Shown one piece after another: positions 51,803-64,000 of a DNA stretch of 64,000 bases. The DNA is from an uncultured Verrucomicrobiae bacterium. GTDB lineage: Bacteria > Verrucomicrobiota > Verrucomicrobiia > Chthoniobacterales > Terrimicrobiaceae. Every line of letters begins with the position of its first letter. Within the stretch, counting starts at the first letter, position 1. The position numbers were made by a program, and so were the translations under genes. The stretch is from contig CAVPOC010000006.1 of the NCBI GenBank assembly GCA_963706955.1, positions 96,001 through 160,000 of the forward strand. Reading direction: 5' to 3'. The notes under the pieces were generated by a model that had not been told where the DNA came from, made no database searches, and saw nothing but the letters and a program-made list of their open reading frames with translations.

Positions 51803-53080
51803 TCACTCGTAACAGGCAGCTCGAACTGCGGCCGCCGCGATGCCAACGCTTTGCTCGATGTCCGCTTCGCTGTGCGCTAGGGAGAGAAATCCAGCTTCAA
51901 ACTGAGACGGCGCGAAATAAACGCCGCCATCAAGGCAGGCATGGAAATACCGGGCGAAGCGCTGTCGGTCGCTGCGAGCGGCTTCTGTAAGGTTGCGAAC
52001 AGGTCCTTCGCAAAAGTAGAGGCAAAACATGGAACCGATCCGATGGAAGGTAATTGGCCGCCCCGCAATAGCGCGGCGGATGCCTTCTTCGAAGTGGGCT
52101 CCCAGTTCTTCCAAACGCGACCACCCGCCTCGCCGAATTAGTTCATTGATCTGCGCGAGGCCAGCCGCCATGGCGACCGGATTTCCTGACAATGTCCCTG
52201 CTTGGTAGACCGGTCCGTCCGGCGAAAGTTGATCCATGATTTCCGCGCGCCCGCCGAATGCGCCGACCGGCAGGCCGCCGCCGATGACTTTGCCGAGCGC
52301 GGTGAGGTCCGGCCTGACATTATAGAGCTCTTGAGCGCCACCGGGGGAGAGGCGAAAGCCGGTCATAACCTCGTCGAAAATGAGAAGTACCCCTTCCAGG
52401 TCGCATTGAGCACGCAATCCTTCGAGAAAACCGGACTCTGGAAGATACAATCCTGCATTGGCTGGAACTGGTTCCAAGATGATTGCTGCCACTTCGCCGT
52501 GGTTGGCTTGAAGGGCCTCTTGAACAGCGCCAAGATCGTTGAACGGAAGGACAATGGTAAGATCTGCGAGTGCCGCGGGAACGCCGGCGCTGTCAGGTCG
52601 ACCATGGGTGAGGGCGCCGCTGCCGGCCTTGACCAGCAGAGAATCGACATGTCCATGGTAGCACCCTTCAAACTTGATGATTTTGTCCCGCTGGGTAAAC
52701 CCTCTTGCCAACCGGAGGCAGCTCATCGTCGCCTCGGTGCCGCTATTGACCATCCGGACCCGTTCGATCGAGGGAACGAGACTACAGATCATCTCCGCCA
52801 TTTTCACCTCGAGCGGATTCGGAATCCCAAAACTCAGACCTCTCGAGGCGGCGCCGCAGACGGCGGCGACCACTGCATCCGGAGCGTGCCCGAGAATGGC
52901 CGGACCCCATGTGCCCACGTAATCGATCAGCTCTCGTCCCTCGATCGTAAAAACCCGTGCTCCCTCCGCTCGAGAGACAAAGAACGGCTCACCACCCACT
53001 CCTCGAAACGCTCGCACCGGTGAGTTCACACCGCCCGGAATGACGCGCATTGCGCTTTGAAAAAGCTCGTGTGAATTCAT
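51803..53080 (-). CDS. hemL: Glutamate-1-semialdehyde 2,1-aminomutase
   Basis: IPGGVNSPVRAF, NSGTEATM, FEGCYHGH, FDEVMTGFR, GKVIGGG, PSQFEAGF. Confidence 0.97.
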   Translation of the reverse strand: MNSHELFQSAMRVIPGGVNSPVRAFRGVGGEPFFVSRAEGARVFTIEGRELIDYVGTWGPAILGHAPDAVVAAVCGAASRGLSFGIPNPLEVKMAEMICSLVPSIERVRMVNSGTEATMSCLRLARGFTQRDKIIKFEGCYHGHVDSLLVKAGSGALTHGRPDSAGVPAALADLTIVLPFNDLGAVQEALQANHGEVAAIILEPVPANAGLYLPESGFLEGLRAQCDLEGVLLIFDEVMTGFRLSPGGAQELYNVRPDLTALGKVIGGGLPVGAFGGRAEIMDQLSPDGPVYQAGTLSGNPVAMAAGLAQINELIRRGGWSRLEELGAHFEEGIRRAIAGRPITFHRIGSMFCLYFCEGPVRNLTEAARSDRQRFARYFHACLDGGVYFAPSQFEAGFLSLAHSEADIEQSVGIAAAAVRAACYE

Positions 53081-53164
53081 CAGCCAGATAAAAGCTTGCC
53101 GGTAGCCGATGCGCAAATGGGAATGATGATCGTCGCGGAGCGGCCCGACTCATCTTCCAGGACA

Positions 53165-53917
53165 ATGAAACAACCGCAGATTGAAGATCGCTTACTCGCG
53201 CGCAAGCGGCCCCAGTCCGGTTCCCTCCTCCGAATGCGCTGGGAGCAGCTGTTGTTTCTACATTGGGCGTGGGATCCCGCCGAAATCCAGAAGACACTTC
53301 CCCGAGGATTGTTTGTTGATACCTTCAACGGCCAAGCCTGGCTGGGCATCGTGCCTTTTTTCATGAGGAGGGTTCATCCCCGGGGATTGCCTTGCATTCG
53401 CTGGTTGTCCGATTTTCTCGAACTGAACGTGCGCACCTACGTTTTCAACAACTCCGGGCGGCCAGGTATTTGGTTTTATTCGCTGGTATGCAATCAGCCC
53501 CTCGCCGTGGAGCTTGCCAAGCTCTGCTTCCATTTGAACTACGTTCACGCGCGCATGCATGCTCAGGTCGATCAAAGTGCAATCTGTACCTATCAGGCGA
53601 AACGACGTCAAATGCCAGAGGCACAGTTTCGCTTCGAGACGAGATCAGGTCCGAAGAGAGAAACTCAACCGGGTTCGCTAGAGTTCTTTTTGGTCGAACG
53701 TTACTTTCTTTATTCAGCTGATCGCAGAAGCCGCCTCTATTACGGGCAAGTTCATCACCGGCCCTATCGCATCGGTCCTGCCCTTGTCGAAAAATGGAGT
53801 TTCAATCCCGCGGCGGCGGACGGATTCTCCGCTCCCGAGCGCGGACCTGACCACGTGGTCGCAGCGGAGGACCTCCAAGTCGAAGCCTGGCCAATCATCC
53901 CTGATCCGGATTCGTAG
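53165..53917 (+). CDS. DUF2071 (YqjF) family protein
   Basis: W..LLFLHW, GIVPFFM, FLELNVRTYV, PGIWFYSL, FLVERY. Confidence 0.85.
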   Translation: MKQPQIEDRLLARKRPQSGSLLRMRWEQLLFLHWAWDPAEIQKTLPRGLFVDTFNGQAWLGIVPFFMRRVHPRGLPCIRWLSDFLELNVRTYVFNNSGRPGIWFYSLVCNQPLAVELAKLCFHLNYVHARMHAQVDQSAICTYQAKRRQMPEAQFRFETRSGPKRETQPGSLEFFLVERYFLYSADRRSRLYYGQVHHRPYRIGPALVEKWSFNPAAADGFSAPERGPDHVVAAEDLQVEAWPIIPDPDS

Positions 53918-53982
53918 CTCTGCACTGAGAGTTCGCTACTTTTGCATTTTAAGCGTTGGGTTTCGCGGTTAGACTCATGTGT

Positions 53983-54369
53983 ATGGTTAAGAAATTGGAT
54001 CACACGCGTTACCGCGTCACCGACCTGGAAAAGACCGTTCACTTCTACAAGGATGTGCTTGGGCTCGAAGAGGTCAGGCGCAGCACCAGTGGACGCGGTT
54101 CGCAGTTGGTTTTTTTTAAAGCGCCGGAGAGCGAGGAGCTCATCGAGATTTGCAAGTATGATGCCAGCGGGCCGGTCCAGGTTGGACCCGATCTGACGCA
54201 TTTGGCGTTTGTCGTGGACGACATCGAGGCGTTCGCGCGCCATTCGTCCGCCCTGGGATACCCGCTGAGCGACGGTCCGCACACGAGCTCAGACGGATCG
54301 GTCATCGCCTTCGTCGACGCTCCTGAGGGCTACGAGGTTGAGCTCCTTCAACGCGGCAAGAGGGTCTAG
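53983..54369 (+). CDS. VOC family protein (lactoylglutathione lyase-like)
   Basis: HTRYRVTDLE..FY..VLG, HLAFVVDD, FVDAPEGYEVEL. Confidence 0.88.
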   Translation: MVKKLDHTRYRVTDLEKTVHFYKDVLGLEEVRRSTSGRGSQLVFFKAPESEELIEICKYDASGPVQVGPDLTHLAFVVDDIEAFARHSSALGYPLSDGPHTSSDGSVIAFVDAPEGYEVELLQRGKRV

Positions 54370-54445
54370 CTTGTTTCCAAGAAAATTCGCGGTGGGTTGT
54401 GCAGGCTGCGGTATTAGAACCGAGCGGAAATTGGCGGGATCTCCT

Positions 54446-54489
54446 AATGGTAGAGGCGGCAACCCAGGCCGCCCGGCCGTCTACCATTT
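54446..54489. repeat. GTAG-type palindrome/hairpin between convergent genes
   Basis: AATGGTAGAGGCGGC...GGCCGTCTACCATT. Confidence 0.5.
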
Positions 54490-54669
54490 CAAAGAACGAA
54501 CAACCCGGCCGCTAATGCCCTGATCGGAGGCATCCCCCATACCTCCGATTATATCCCTGCGACCGGGCTGTTCAATTGTGAGGAACACATCAGCAGAATA
54601 CGTGCCAATCCTCGCGCAAAGAAGCGGTCTAGGATGTTCCATTCTGTTGCTGAGGCACTTGGCGACAAG

Positions 54670-56413
54670 TTACGTAAGCGGGCGCGCACCGAGAGCATCT
54701 CGAATGTTCCAATTTGCGCAGCGAAGTCGATTCCTGGCGTCTGCTTCGCTAAGTCCAAGACGCGTCGCAACGATGCGGGCCGCGCGATCACGCAGTTTCT
54801 TGTTGGAGGGTTGCAAGCAGGTCATGAGGTTGCCCTCGACACGACCGAGTCGAACCATGGTGCAGGAAGAGATTATGTTCAGGGCCACCTTCGTCGCGGT
54901 GCCAGCCTTTAGTCGGGTCGATCCGGAAAGGAGCTCAGGTCCCGTGGGAAGGTCGATCTGGACATCCGCGCGGACGAGATCTCTTTGGCGCAGCGGATTG
55001 CAGGTCAGCAAAATGGTTGCGGCGCCGCTCGCGTGGGCGGCTTCAAGTGCCCCGAGCACAAAGGGTGTTCTTCCACTCGCGCTTATTCCACAAACGACAT
55101 CTCGACCAGTGACGCCCCGTTCCTTGATGGCCAGCGCTGCAGCGACCTCATCATCTTCGGCCCCTTCCACGCTCGCTTGCATCGCCGACATTCCCCCCGC
55201 GATGATAGCTTGAACGCGATCGGGAGGAACTCCAAAGGTCGGAGGCATTTCACTTGCATCGAGCACACCCAATCTTCCACTGGTTCCCGCGCCCACGTAA
55301 AAGAGTCTGCCGCCTCGTTTCAGCGCTTCCGTCGTAACCTCGATTGCCTGGGACAACGGCTCAATGCACGCCGCCAGAGCCTCTTCCACCCATTTTTCCT
55401 CACGGACAAACAACAAGACAAGCTCTCGGATCGGCATCCGGTCGAGGTTCTCCGAACGTTGATTAACTTGCTCCGTGGATGCTTCTCGCAGGGAGCTTTC
55501 AGCGAGATCTGTGGGTTCTTCAGCGATCACCACGGCCGTGTTGACGGCTAGGAAGGCAGCGCCGAGACTCGGGGGTGTTCGGCAGACCGAAACTTGACCG
55601 CCTGGCCATTCCCGCTTGAGGGCCGCGCCGAACATCCGTGCATAGAGAGGTTGATTAATGAAGACACCTCCCATCAGCTGAATAGGAGGTTTCTGGTAGC
55701 CAAGCCTGCGGCAGACAGCAGCAGTCAGACGGGCCAATGCTTCCGACCCCTCTTTCAAGATTTCACCAGCTTCGGCCTCGTGTTCAAAAAGCAATGGCGT
55801 AAGCCGCGCGAGATCATTCTTCTGCGCAGTCTGAGCCCAATTGGTGAGTTCGCGCAGTGTGTTTAGACCCAAAGTGCGAAGAACGTCACGCGCCAGGGCG
55901 GTGATTCGACGTCCCGTGTCAAAGTCGAAAAGTACCACGGCGAAGGGCACGAATCGCCAAGTCGTAGCCGCCGCCGCTGTCGCCAAGCAGATGCCCCCAT
56001 CCCCCCGCGCGATCTTCATTTCCTGAAAAACGGCCGGTGATGGCGGATCCGGTTCCCGCGATGATTGCGATTCCATCTCCTTCGCCAAAGGCAGCGGCAA
56101 ATCCCGATTCCCGATCACCGCCCACTCGAATCGCCGCATTCGGCCACACGGAGGAGCCAATCCTCTTGAGGTGGCGTCGGTCCTGGAGGGTTGCGCATCC
56201 CGCCATAAAAAGCCCTACGCACGAGGCTTCGGTTGGGAGAACGGACAGCAGTCTGCTCAGGTCCTCCGGCGCGAGCAATTTCATGCTTCCTGGGCCGAGG
56301 AGGCCTTTTCTGACGGGAAACAATTCGCCGGATCGCATTTCGCAGAGCGTCCAGTTGGTCTTGGTCGCTCCTCCGTCGATTCCCAGGATAAGTTGCTTTG
56401 AGACGCGGCTCAC
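54670..56413 (-). CDS. murQ: BadF-type amino-sugar kinase fused to N-acetylmuramic acid 6-phosphate etherase (one apparent frameshift)
   Basis: GIDGGATKT, IAGTGS, GGWGHLLGD.GGGY in one frame. Continues after one extra base near 55938 into TEQVN, GAGTSGRLGVLDASE.PPTF, EGAED, GSTRLKAGTATK. Confidence 0.88.
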
Positions 56414-56434
56414 AACTAGATTTCATAATACTTC

Positions 56435-59820
<3,386 letters not shown>

Positions 59821-59830
59821 TGTGCAAAAC

Positions 59831-60283
59831 CTACCGCATCGGCTGCCCTGCCTCGTAGCGGGCGAGTTGCTCGATTCTCCCGGCATGCCGACCGCCCTCG
59901 AAGGTAGACGTCAGCCAGATATCGACGATTCGCAATGCCATCTCAATTGAGATCATGCGCTCTCCGAGCGAGAGCACGTTGGCGTTGTTATGTTGCCGCG
60001 AGAGTGCCGCTGTTTCGTCGTTCCAGCAGAGCCCGCAACGAACGCCCTTTACCTTGTTCGCCGCCATAGCCTCGCCGTTGCCCGATCCGCCGAGAACGAT
60101 GCCCCGCTCTGCTTCGCCTTTGGCGACAGCTTCGGCCGTGGGAATGATCCACAAGGGGTAGTCGGTCGAATCGGCGTTGTGGGTGCCGAAGTCGACGACT
60201 TCATGTCCTTTTTCCTTGAGGTATGCGACGATGCGTTGCTTGTAGTTGAATCCAGCGTGATCCGAGCCAATGGCGATTTTCAT
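59831..60283 (-). CDS. rpiB: Ribose 5-phosphate isomerase B
   Basis: IGSDHAG, DYP, GGSGNGE, ANKVKGVR, HNNANVL, FEGGRH. Confidence 0.95.
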   Translation of the reverse strand: MKIAIGSDHAGFNYKQRIVAYLKEKGHEVVDFGTHNADSTDYPLWIIPTAEAVAKGEAERGIVLGGSGNGEAMAANKVKGVRCGLCWNDETAALSRQHNNANVLSLGERMISIEMALRIVDIWLTSTFEGGRHAGRIEQLARYEAGQPMR

Positions 60284-61245
60284 GCAGGTTGAGCGTGGTG
60301 GGCAAAAGGCGTTTGCGGTTGAAGGTCGAGAGTTCGCAGAAGATCACGGTCCGCGTCGGCGGCAGGGTTGGAAGCGGTAAGAAGTTTGTCGCCGTAGAAG
60401 ATCGAGTTCGCGCCGGCAAAATAGCAAAGTGCCTGGGCCTCGCGCGAGAGGCGATTGCGACCTGCCGACAGGCGCACTTTTGCCTTCGGCAACGCGATGC
60501 GGGTGGTGGCAATGAGCCTGACGAGTTCGAAAGTATCAACTGGTTCACAATGCTCGAGAGGAGTTCCCGGCATCGCGACAAGACAGTTAATGGGAACGCT
60601 CTCCGGCGGCGGGTCGAATGAACAGAGCACCTCGAGCATTCTCACGCGGTCGTCTTCGGTTTCGCCCATGCCGATAATGCCTCCGCAGCAGACACTCATG
60701 CCGGCGCGTTGCACGGCGCCAATGGTATTCAGACGATCTTCGAAGGTGTGCGTGCTGACGATATTGGGATAATAGGCAGGAGAGGTGTCGATATTGTGAT
60801 TGTAAGCGGTAACGCCCGCCTCCTTCAGCTTTTGCGCTTCGGCGTCGCTCAGTTGTCCGAGCGTCACGCAAACCTCCATTCCCAATTTGCTTACCGCTCG
60901 CACGGTCTCGAGCATTTGTTCAAATTTTCGCTCGCCATCGCGCACTCCCCTCCAAGCCGCACCCATGCAAAATCGAGTTGACCCGTTTGCCTTCGCCCGA
61001 TGTGCGTAGGGAAGCACTTCCTCAACGCTCATCAAGCTTTCGCGTTGCAGGCCGGTGCTGTAGCGCGCGCTTTGGGCACAGTAGGCGCAATCCTCGCTGC
61101 ATCCACCTGTCTTGACGCTGAGCAACGTGCAAAGTTGCATCTCGTTTTCCGGCCAGTTCCCAGCGTGAATTCGCCGGCTGTCCTGAAGCAACTCGAAAAG
61201 CGGCCGCCGATAAATTAGCTGAAGCTCAGAGAACGACAATTTCAC
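60280..61245 (-). CDS. bioB: Biotin synthase
   Basis: KTGGCSEDCAYCAQS, RFCMGAAW, YNHNIDTS, ESVPIN, RLSAGR, GANSIF.GDKLLT. Confidence 0.97.
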   Translation of the reverse strand: MKLSFSELQLIYRRPLFELLQDSRRIHAGNWPENEMQLCTLLSVKTGGCSEDCAYCAQSARYSTGLQRESLMSVEEVLPYAHRAKANGSTRFCMGAAWRGVRDGERKFEQMLETVRAVSKLGMEVCVTLGQLSDAEAQKLKEAGVTAYNHNIDTSPAYYPNIVSTHTFEDRLNTIGAVQRAGMSVCCGGIIGMGETEDDRVRMLEVLCSFDPPPESVPINCLVAMPGTPLEHCEPVDTFELVRLIATTRIALPKAKVRLSAGRNRLSREAQALCYFAGANSIFYGDKLLTASNPAADADRDLLRTLDLQPQTPFAHHAQPA

Positions 61246-61281
61246 GCGTGCGTCTTTCTTAACCGCGATGCTACGCGGGCG

Positions 61282-62664
61282 TCAACGTTTCGCGGTGATC
61301 GATTCCACTTCGCCGTCGTGAAAACGGGTTCGCAGCAAAGTTTCCTCCGCAATCGCTTGAGACGAGGTATAGGGTCGGCCGCTGGCATCCATCGTGATGG
61401 TATATCCACGCGTGAGGATCGCTTGCGGGTTGAGCGCATGGAGGACAGCCACCGCCCGATCCAAGCGCGCCTGCCGCGCGATGATCTCGCGGCGGGTCGC
61501 CTCGCGAATCCGTTCGGCAAGGAGTTGGCAACGGAGTCGGCGGTCACCGATTGCCTGGGCAGGCGCTTTTGCAAGCAGACGACTGGCCAGCCGGTCGAAT
61601 CGATTCCGCTCTCGCTCAAGGCGCAGGACGGCACTTCGATTCATTGCCTCGGAGCGACGGTCCAGTGTTTGCAGGAGCTCCAAGAGTCTCCGACCCGGTT
61701 CGCGGAAAAGCGCGGACCTGCGGCTGGCATCCAAGCGCGCTCTGAGCAACTCCAGCCGGCTCGTGCAGGCGCGCCGTAGACGGAAAAAATCTTGCCGCAG
61801 CCGGGCGAGGACCTCCAGTCGATCGGCCGCGAGAATCTCCGCCGCTGCGCTCGGGGTGGGGGCCCGAAGGTCCGCGACGAAATCGGCGATCGTAAAATCA
61901 ATCTCGTGACCAATGGCGCTGAGGACAGGAACCGGTGAGGCCGCAATGGCCCGTGCCACCATCTCCTCATTAAACTCCCAGAGATCTTCGATACTTCCCC
62001 CGCCGCGCGTAATCACAATCACATCCACCGCCGGAAGCCTGCCTCGGCTCCGATCGCCGAACTCCCGAATCGCCCGTGCAATCTCTAAACTGGCGCCGCG
62101 ACCCTGGACGCGGACAGGATTAATGAGGACCTCGATTCCTGGCTGGCGGCGATGAAGGACCTTGAGAAAGTCGCGAATCGCCGCGCCCGTCGGCGAGGTG
62201 ACCAGCCCAAGCCGTCGCGGAAACCGTGGCAGGGGGCGCTTGCGCGCAGGTTCGAAAAGTCCTTCACCAGCCAGCTTGCGCTTTAACGCTTCGAATTTGG
62301 CCTGCAGTGTCCCCGCGCCGCGCGCCTGCACCAGGCGAACGATCATCTGATACTGGCCGCGTGGCTCGTAAACAGAAATCAAACCAAGAACCTGCACGCG
62401 CTGTCCGTCCGCGAGCTGGATCCTGGGCAAGGTGGCTGCGGTCCCACTGAAGAGCACGCAGTGAAGCTGACAGCTATCGTCCTTCAAAGTGAAATACTGA
62501 TGCCCGGACGACTGTCTCCGGAGATTGGAAACTTCTCCTTCCACCCACAGTTCGCCCATTTCCTGCTCAATCAACTCGCGGAGGCGCCTTGTCACCTCTG
62601 TCACGGAGTGAACTTTTGGTTCGGGCGTAGATGCCGTCTGGAAGAGCGCGAGGTCGAGCTGCAT
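61282..62664 (-). CDS. xseA: Exodeoxyribonuclease VII large subunit
   Basis: GEVSN, SGHQYFTLKD, TSPTGAA, RGGGSIEDLW.FN, GHEIDFT..DFVAD.RAPTPS. Confidence 0.96.
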   Translation of the reverse strand: MQLDLALFQTASTPEPKVHSVTEVTRRLRELIEQEMGELWVEGEVSNLRRQSSGHQYFTLKDDSCQLHCVLFSGTAATLPRIQLADGQRVQVLGLISVYEPRGQYQMIVRLVQARGAGTLQAKFEALKRKLAGEGLFEPARKRPLPRFPRRLGLVTSPTGAAIRDFLKVLHRRQPGIEVLINPVRVQGRGASLEIARAIREFGDRSRGRLPAVDVIVITRGGGSIEDLWEFNEEMVARAIAASPVPVLSAIGHEIDFTIADFVADLRAPTPSAAAEILAADRLEVLARLRQDFFRLRRACTSRLELLRARLDASRRSALFREPGRRLLELLQTLDRRSEAMNRSAVLRLERERNRFDRLASRLLAKAPAQAIGDRRLRCQLLAERIREATRREIIARQARLDRAVAVLHALNPQAILTRGYTITMDASGRPYTSSQAIAEETLLRTRFHDGEVESITAKR

Positions 62665-62902
62665 AATAAAAAGACTCAAGCTTCGAGGCGCGCGACTTCG
62701 TGAGCGTTTGGGGCAATCGGATTCATCGCTCGTGTAAGAAAGTGCCGCAAGCCGCCATCGTCAACTCTGAGGCTCGCAGCATTCCCGGCACAGGCATCCT
62801 GCGGATGTTCGGCCGAGCCATTGCACAGCGCCGGACCGCTTGTCAGGATGTATCGTGCAGGGTAAAAAGGAAGTGACGCGATCGCCGCGGCGCTTAAACG
62901 TG

Positions 62903-63412
62903 ATGAACACACTTTCGCAGACCGACGCAAACTCTCTAAATCCTAACGACCGAGCAGAGGTGGTCCGCATGGCGCGGCAACTGCTCAAAGGCAACAATCC
63001 GGGTGTCTTGAGCACGGTCGATGAGAGCGGGATGCCGCAGTCGCGGTGGATGGCGACAATGTCATTCGAGGATTTTCCCAATTTGTATACGTTAACGGCC
63101 GCCAACAGCCGGAAGGTGGCTCAAATTAGAGAGCACCCGATCGTCCAGTGGATGTTCTCGGATCGGGATTTTAGCTTCGTTGTCAATCTCAGCGGCCGGG
63201 CGGAACTTTTTCTGCGCGACGCGGAAACCATGAAACGAGTCTGGGACCAGATCGTCGACAAATCGCGCGCTTATTTCATGAATGCGACCATCGACAGCCC
63301 CGGATTCGTCGTAATTCATACAAAAGTGGAAATGGTCGAGTGCACAATTCCCAAGCGCGTCCTGAGGTTTGTCATCGATCCCCAGGAGTTCGCTGCGGTT
63401 TCCGGCCCATAG
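62903..63412 (+). CDS. Pyridoxamine 5'-phosphate oxidase-like (split-barrel flavin-binding) protein
   Basis: LSTVDESGMPQSRWM, SRKVAQI..HP.V, LSGRA. Confidence 0.75.
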   Translation: MNTLSQTDANSLNPNDRAEVVRMARQLLKGNNPGVLSTVDESGMPQSRWMATMSFEDFPNLYTLTAANSRKVAQIREHPIVQWMFSDRDFSFVVNLSGRAELFLRDAETMKRVWDQIVDKSRAYFMNATIDSPGFVVIHTKVEMVECTIPKRVLRFVIDPQEFAAVSGP

Positions 63413-63424
63413 GTAACCAGTTTC

Positions 63425-64000
63425 TCAGAGAACTGCCGCTGAAATCGAGTAGATCGGAGGAAGATTATCCGCGATCACGCGCCACGAGTCGCCTTGATCG
63501 TTCGATCCAAACAGCTTTCCGGTGTTCGTCCCGAAATATACTCCCGCCGGATCCAGCGAGTCGGTCGCCATGCCCTCGCGATATACTCCCACGTAGGCAT
63601 CCTTTTGCGGCAGACCGTTGTCCAGTGGCTCCCAAGCGTGACCGCCATCTCGACTTCGATAAACGCGCAACTTTCCTCCTGACGGGCACCGAAATTCCGC
63701 GCCTTGCAGCGGGATTACGTAAAGCGTTTCTGGCTGTTGGGGATGAACCGCCAGCGGAAAACCAAAATCGGAGGGCAGCCCTGACGTGATTTCCACCCAA
63801 TCTGCGCCAGCATTCCTGGTCCGGTAGACTCCGCAATGATTCTGCTGGAAGAGAAGCGAACCGTCCTCGCCGGCGAGAAGGAGTTTGTGGACGCACTGGC
63901 CGAATTCTGGAAACTTGTCCGGAAGAAATTCGGCTCGTGTTCCCTTGTTGGCGGGTTGCCACGTTTCCGCGCTGTCCTCGCTCCGGAAAACCCCGACGGC
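63425..64000 (-). CDS. BNR/Asp-box beta-propeller (sialidase-like) protein, 5' part outside the window
   Basis: Asp-box repeats SEDSAETW, TRNAGADW, SRDGGHAW, SNDQGDSW; GQCVHK and QQNHCGVYR; frame is open to the window end. Confidence 0.85.
   Translation of the reverse strand, partial: AVGVFRSEDSAETWQPANKGTRAEFLPDKFPEFGQCVHKLLLAGEDGSLLFQQNHCGVYRTRNAGADWVEITSGLPSDFGFPLAVHPQQPETLYVIPLQGAEFRCPSGGKLRVYRSRDGGHAWEPLDNGLPQKDAYVGVYREGMATDSLDPAGVYFGTNTGKLFGSNDQGDSWRVIADNLPPIYSISAAVL

Overview
A ~58% GC bacterial chromosomal segment, most likely from Verrucomicrobiota (Chthoniobacterales-like); this is inferred from gene style and repeat types, not from a search. Most of the window is housekeeping: infB, mrdA, lpxA, larC, cimA, rplQ-rpoA, a phosphosugar mutase, a KamA-family gene, rpe, tadA, queA, hemL, murQ, ligA, rpiB, bioB and xseA. 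Three accessory modules stand out. (1) 7.5-15.6 kb: a self-contained Crp/Fnr regulon with two FNR-type boxes. It holds flavohemoglobin plus a five-gene operon that joins a Nas/Nap-type Mo-bisPGD nitrate-reductase-like subunit, a NarI-like heme-b membrane subunit, a four-cluster Fe-S protein, a twin-arginine Rieske protein and a NarK-type transporter. This matches none of Nar, Nap or Nas and is the best candidate for an undescribed system. (2) 18.4-20.1 kb: a SAM-I riboswitch controlling a threonine-synthase homolog and a MoaD/ThiS sulfur carrier, suggesting carrier-dependent homocysteine synthesis. (3) 21.6-32 kb: a K+ transport cluster next to tRNA-Lys (kdpABCDE, a kup remnant, a YidE-family transporter). 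Its kdpABC carry about 10 single-base indels that look like sequencing error. Two families of palindromic intergenic repeats are also present. No CRISPR array, rRNA, integrase or transposase was seen. All family calls come from motif recognition, not database searches.
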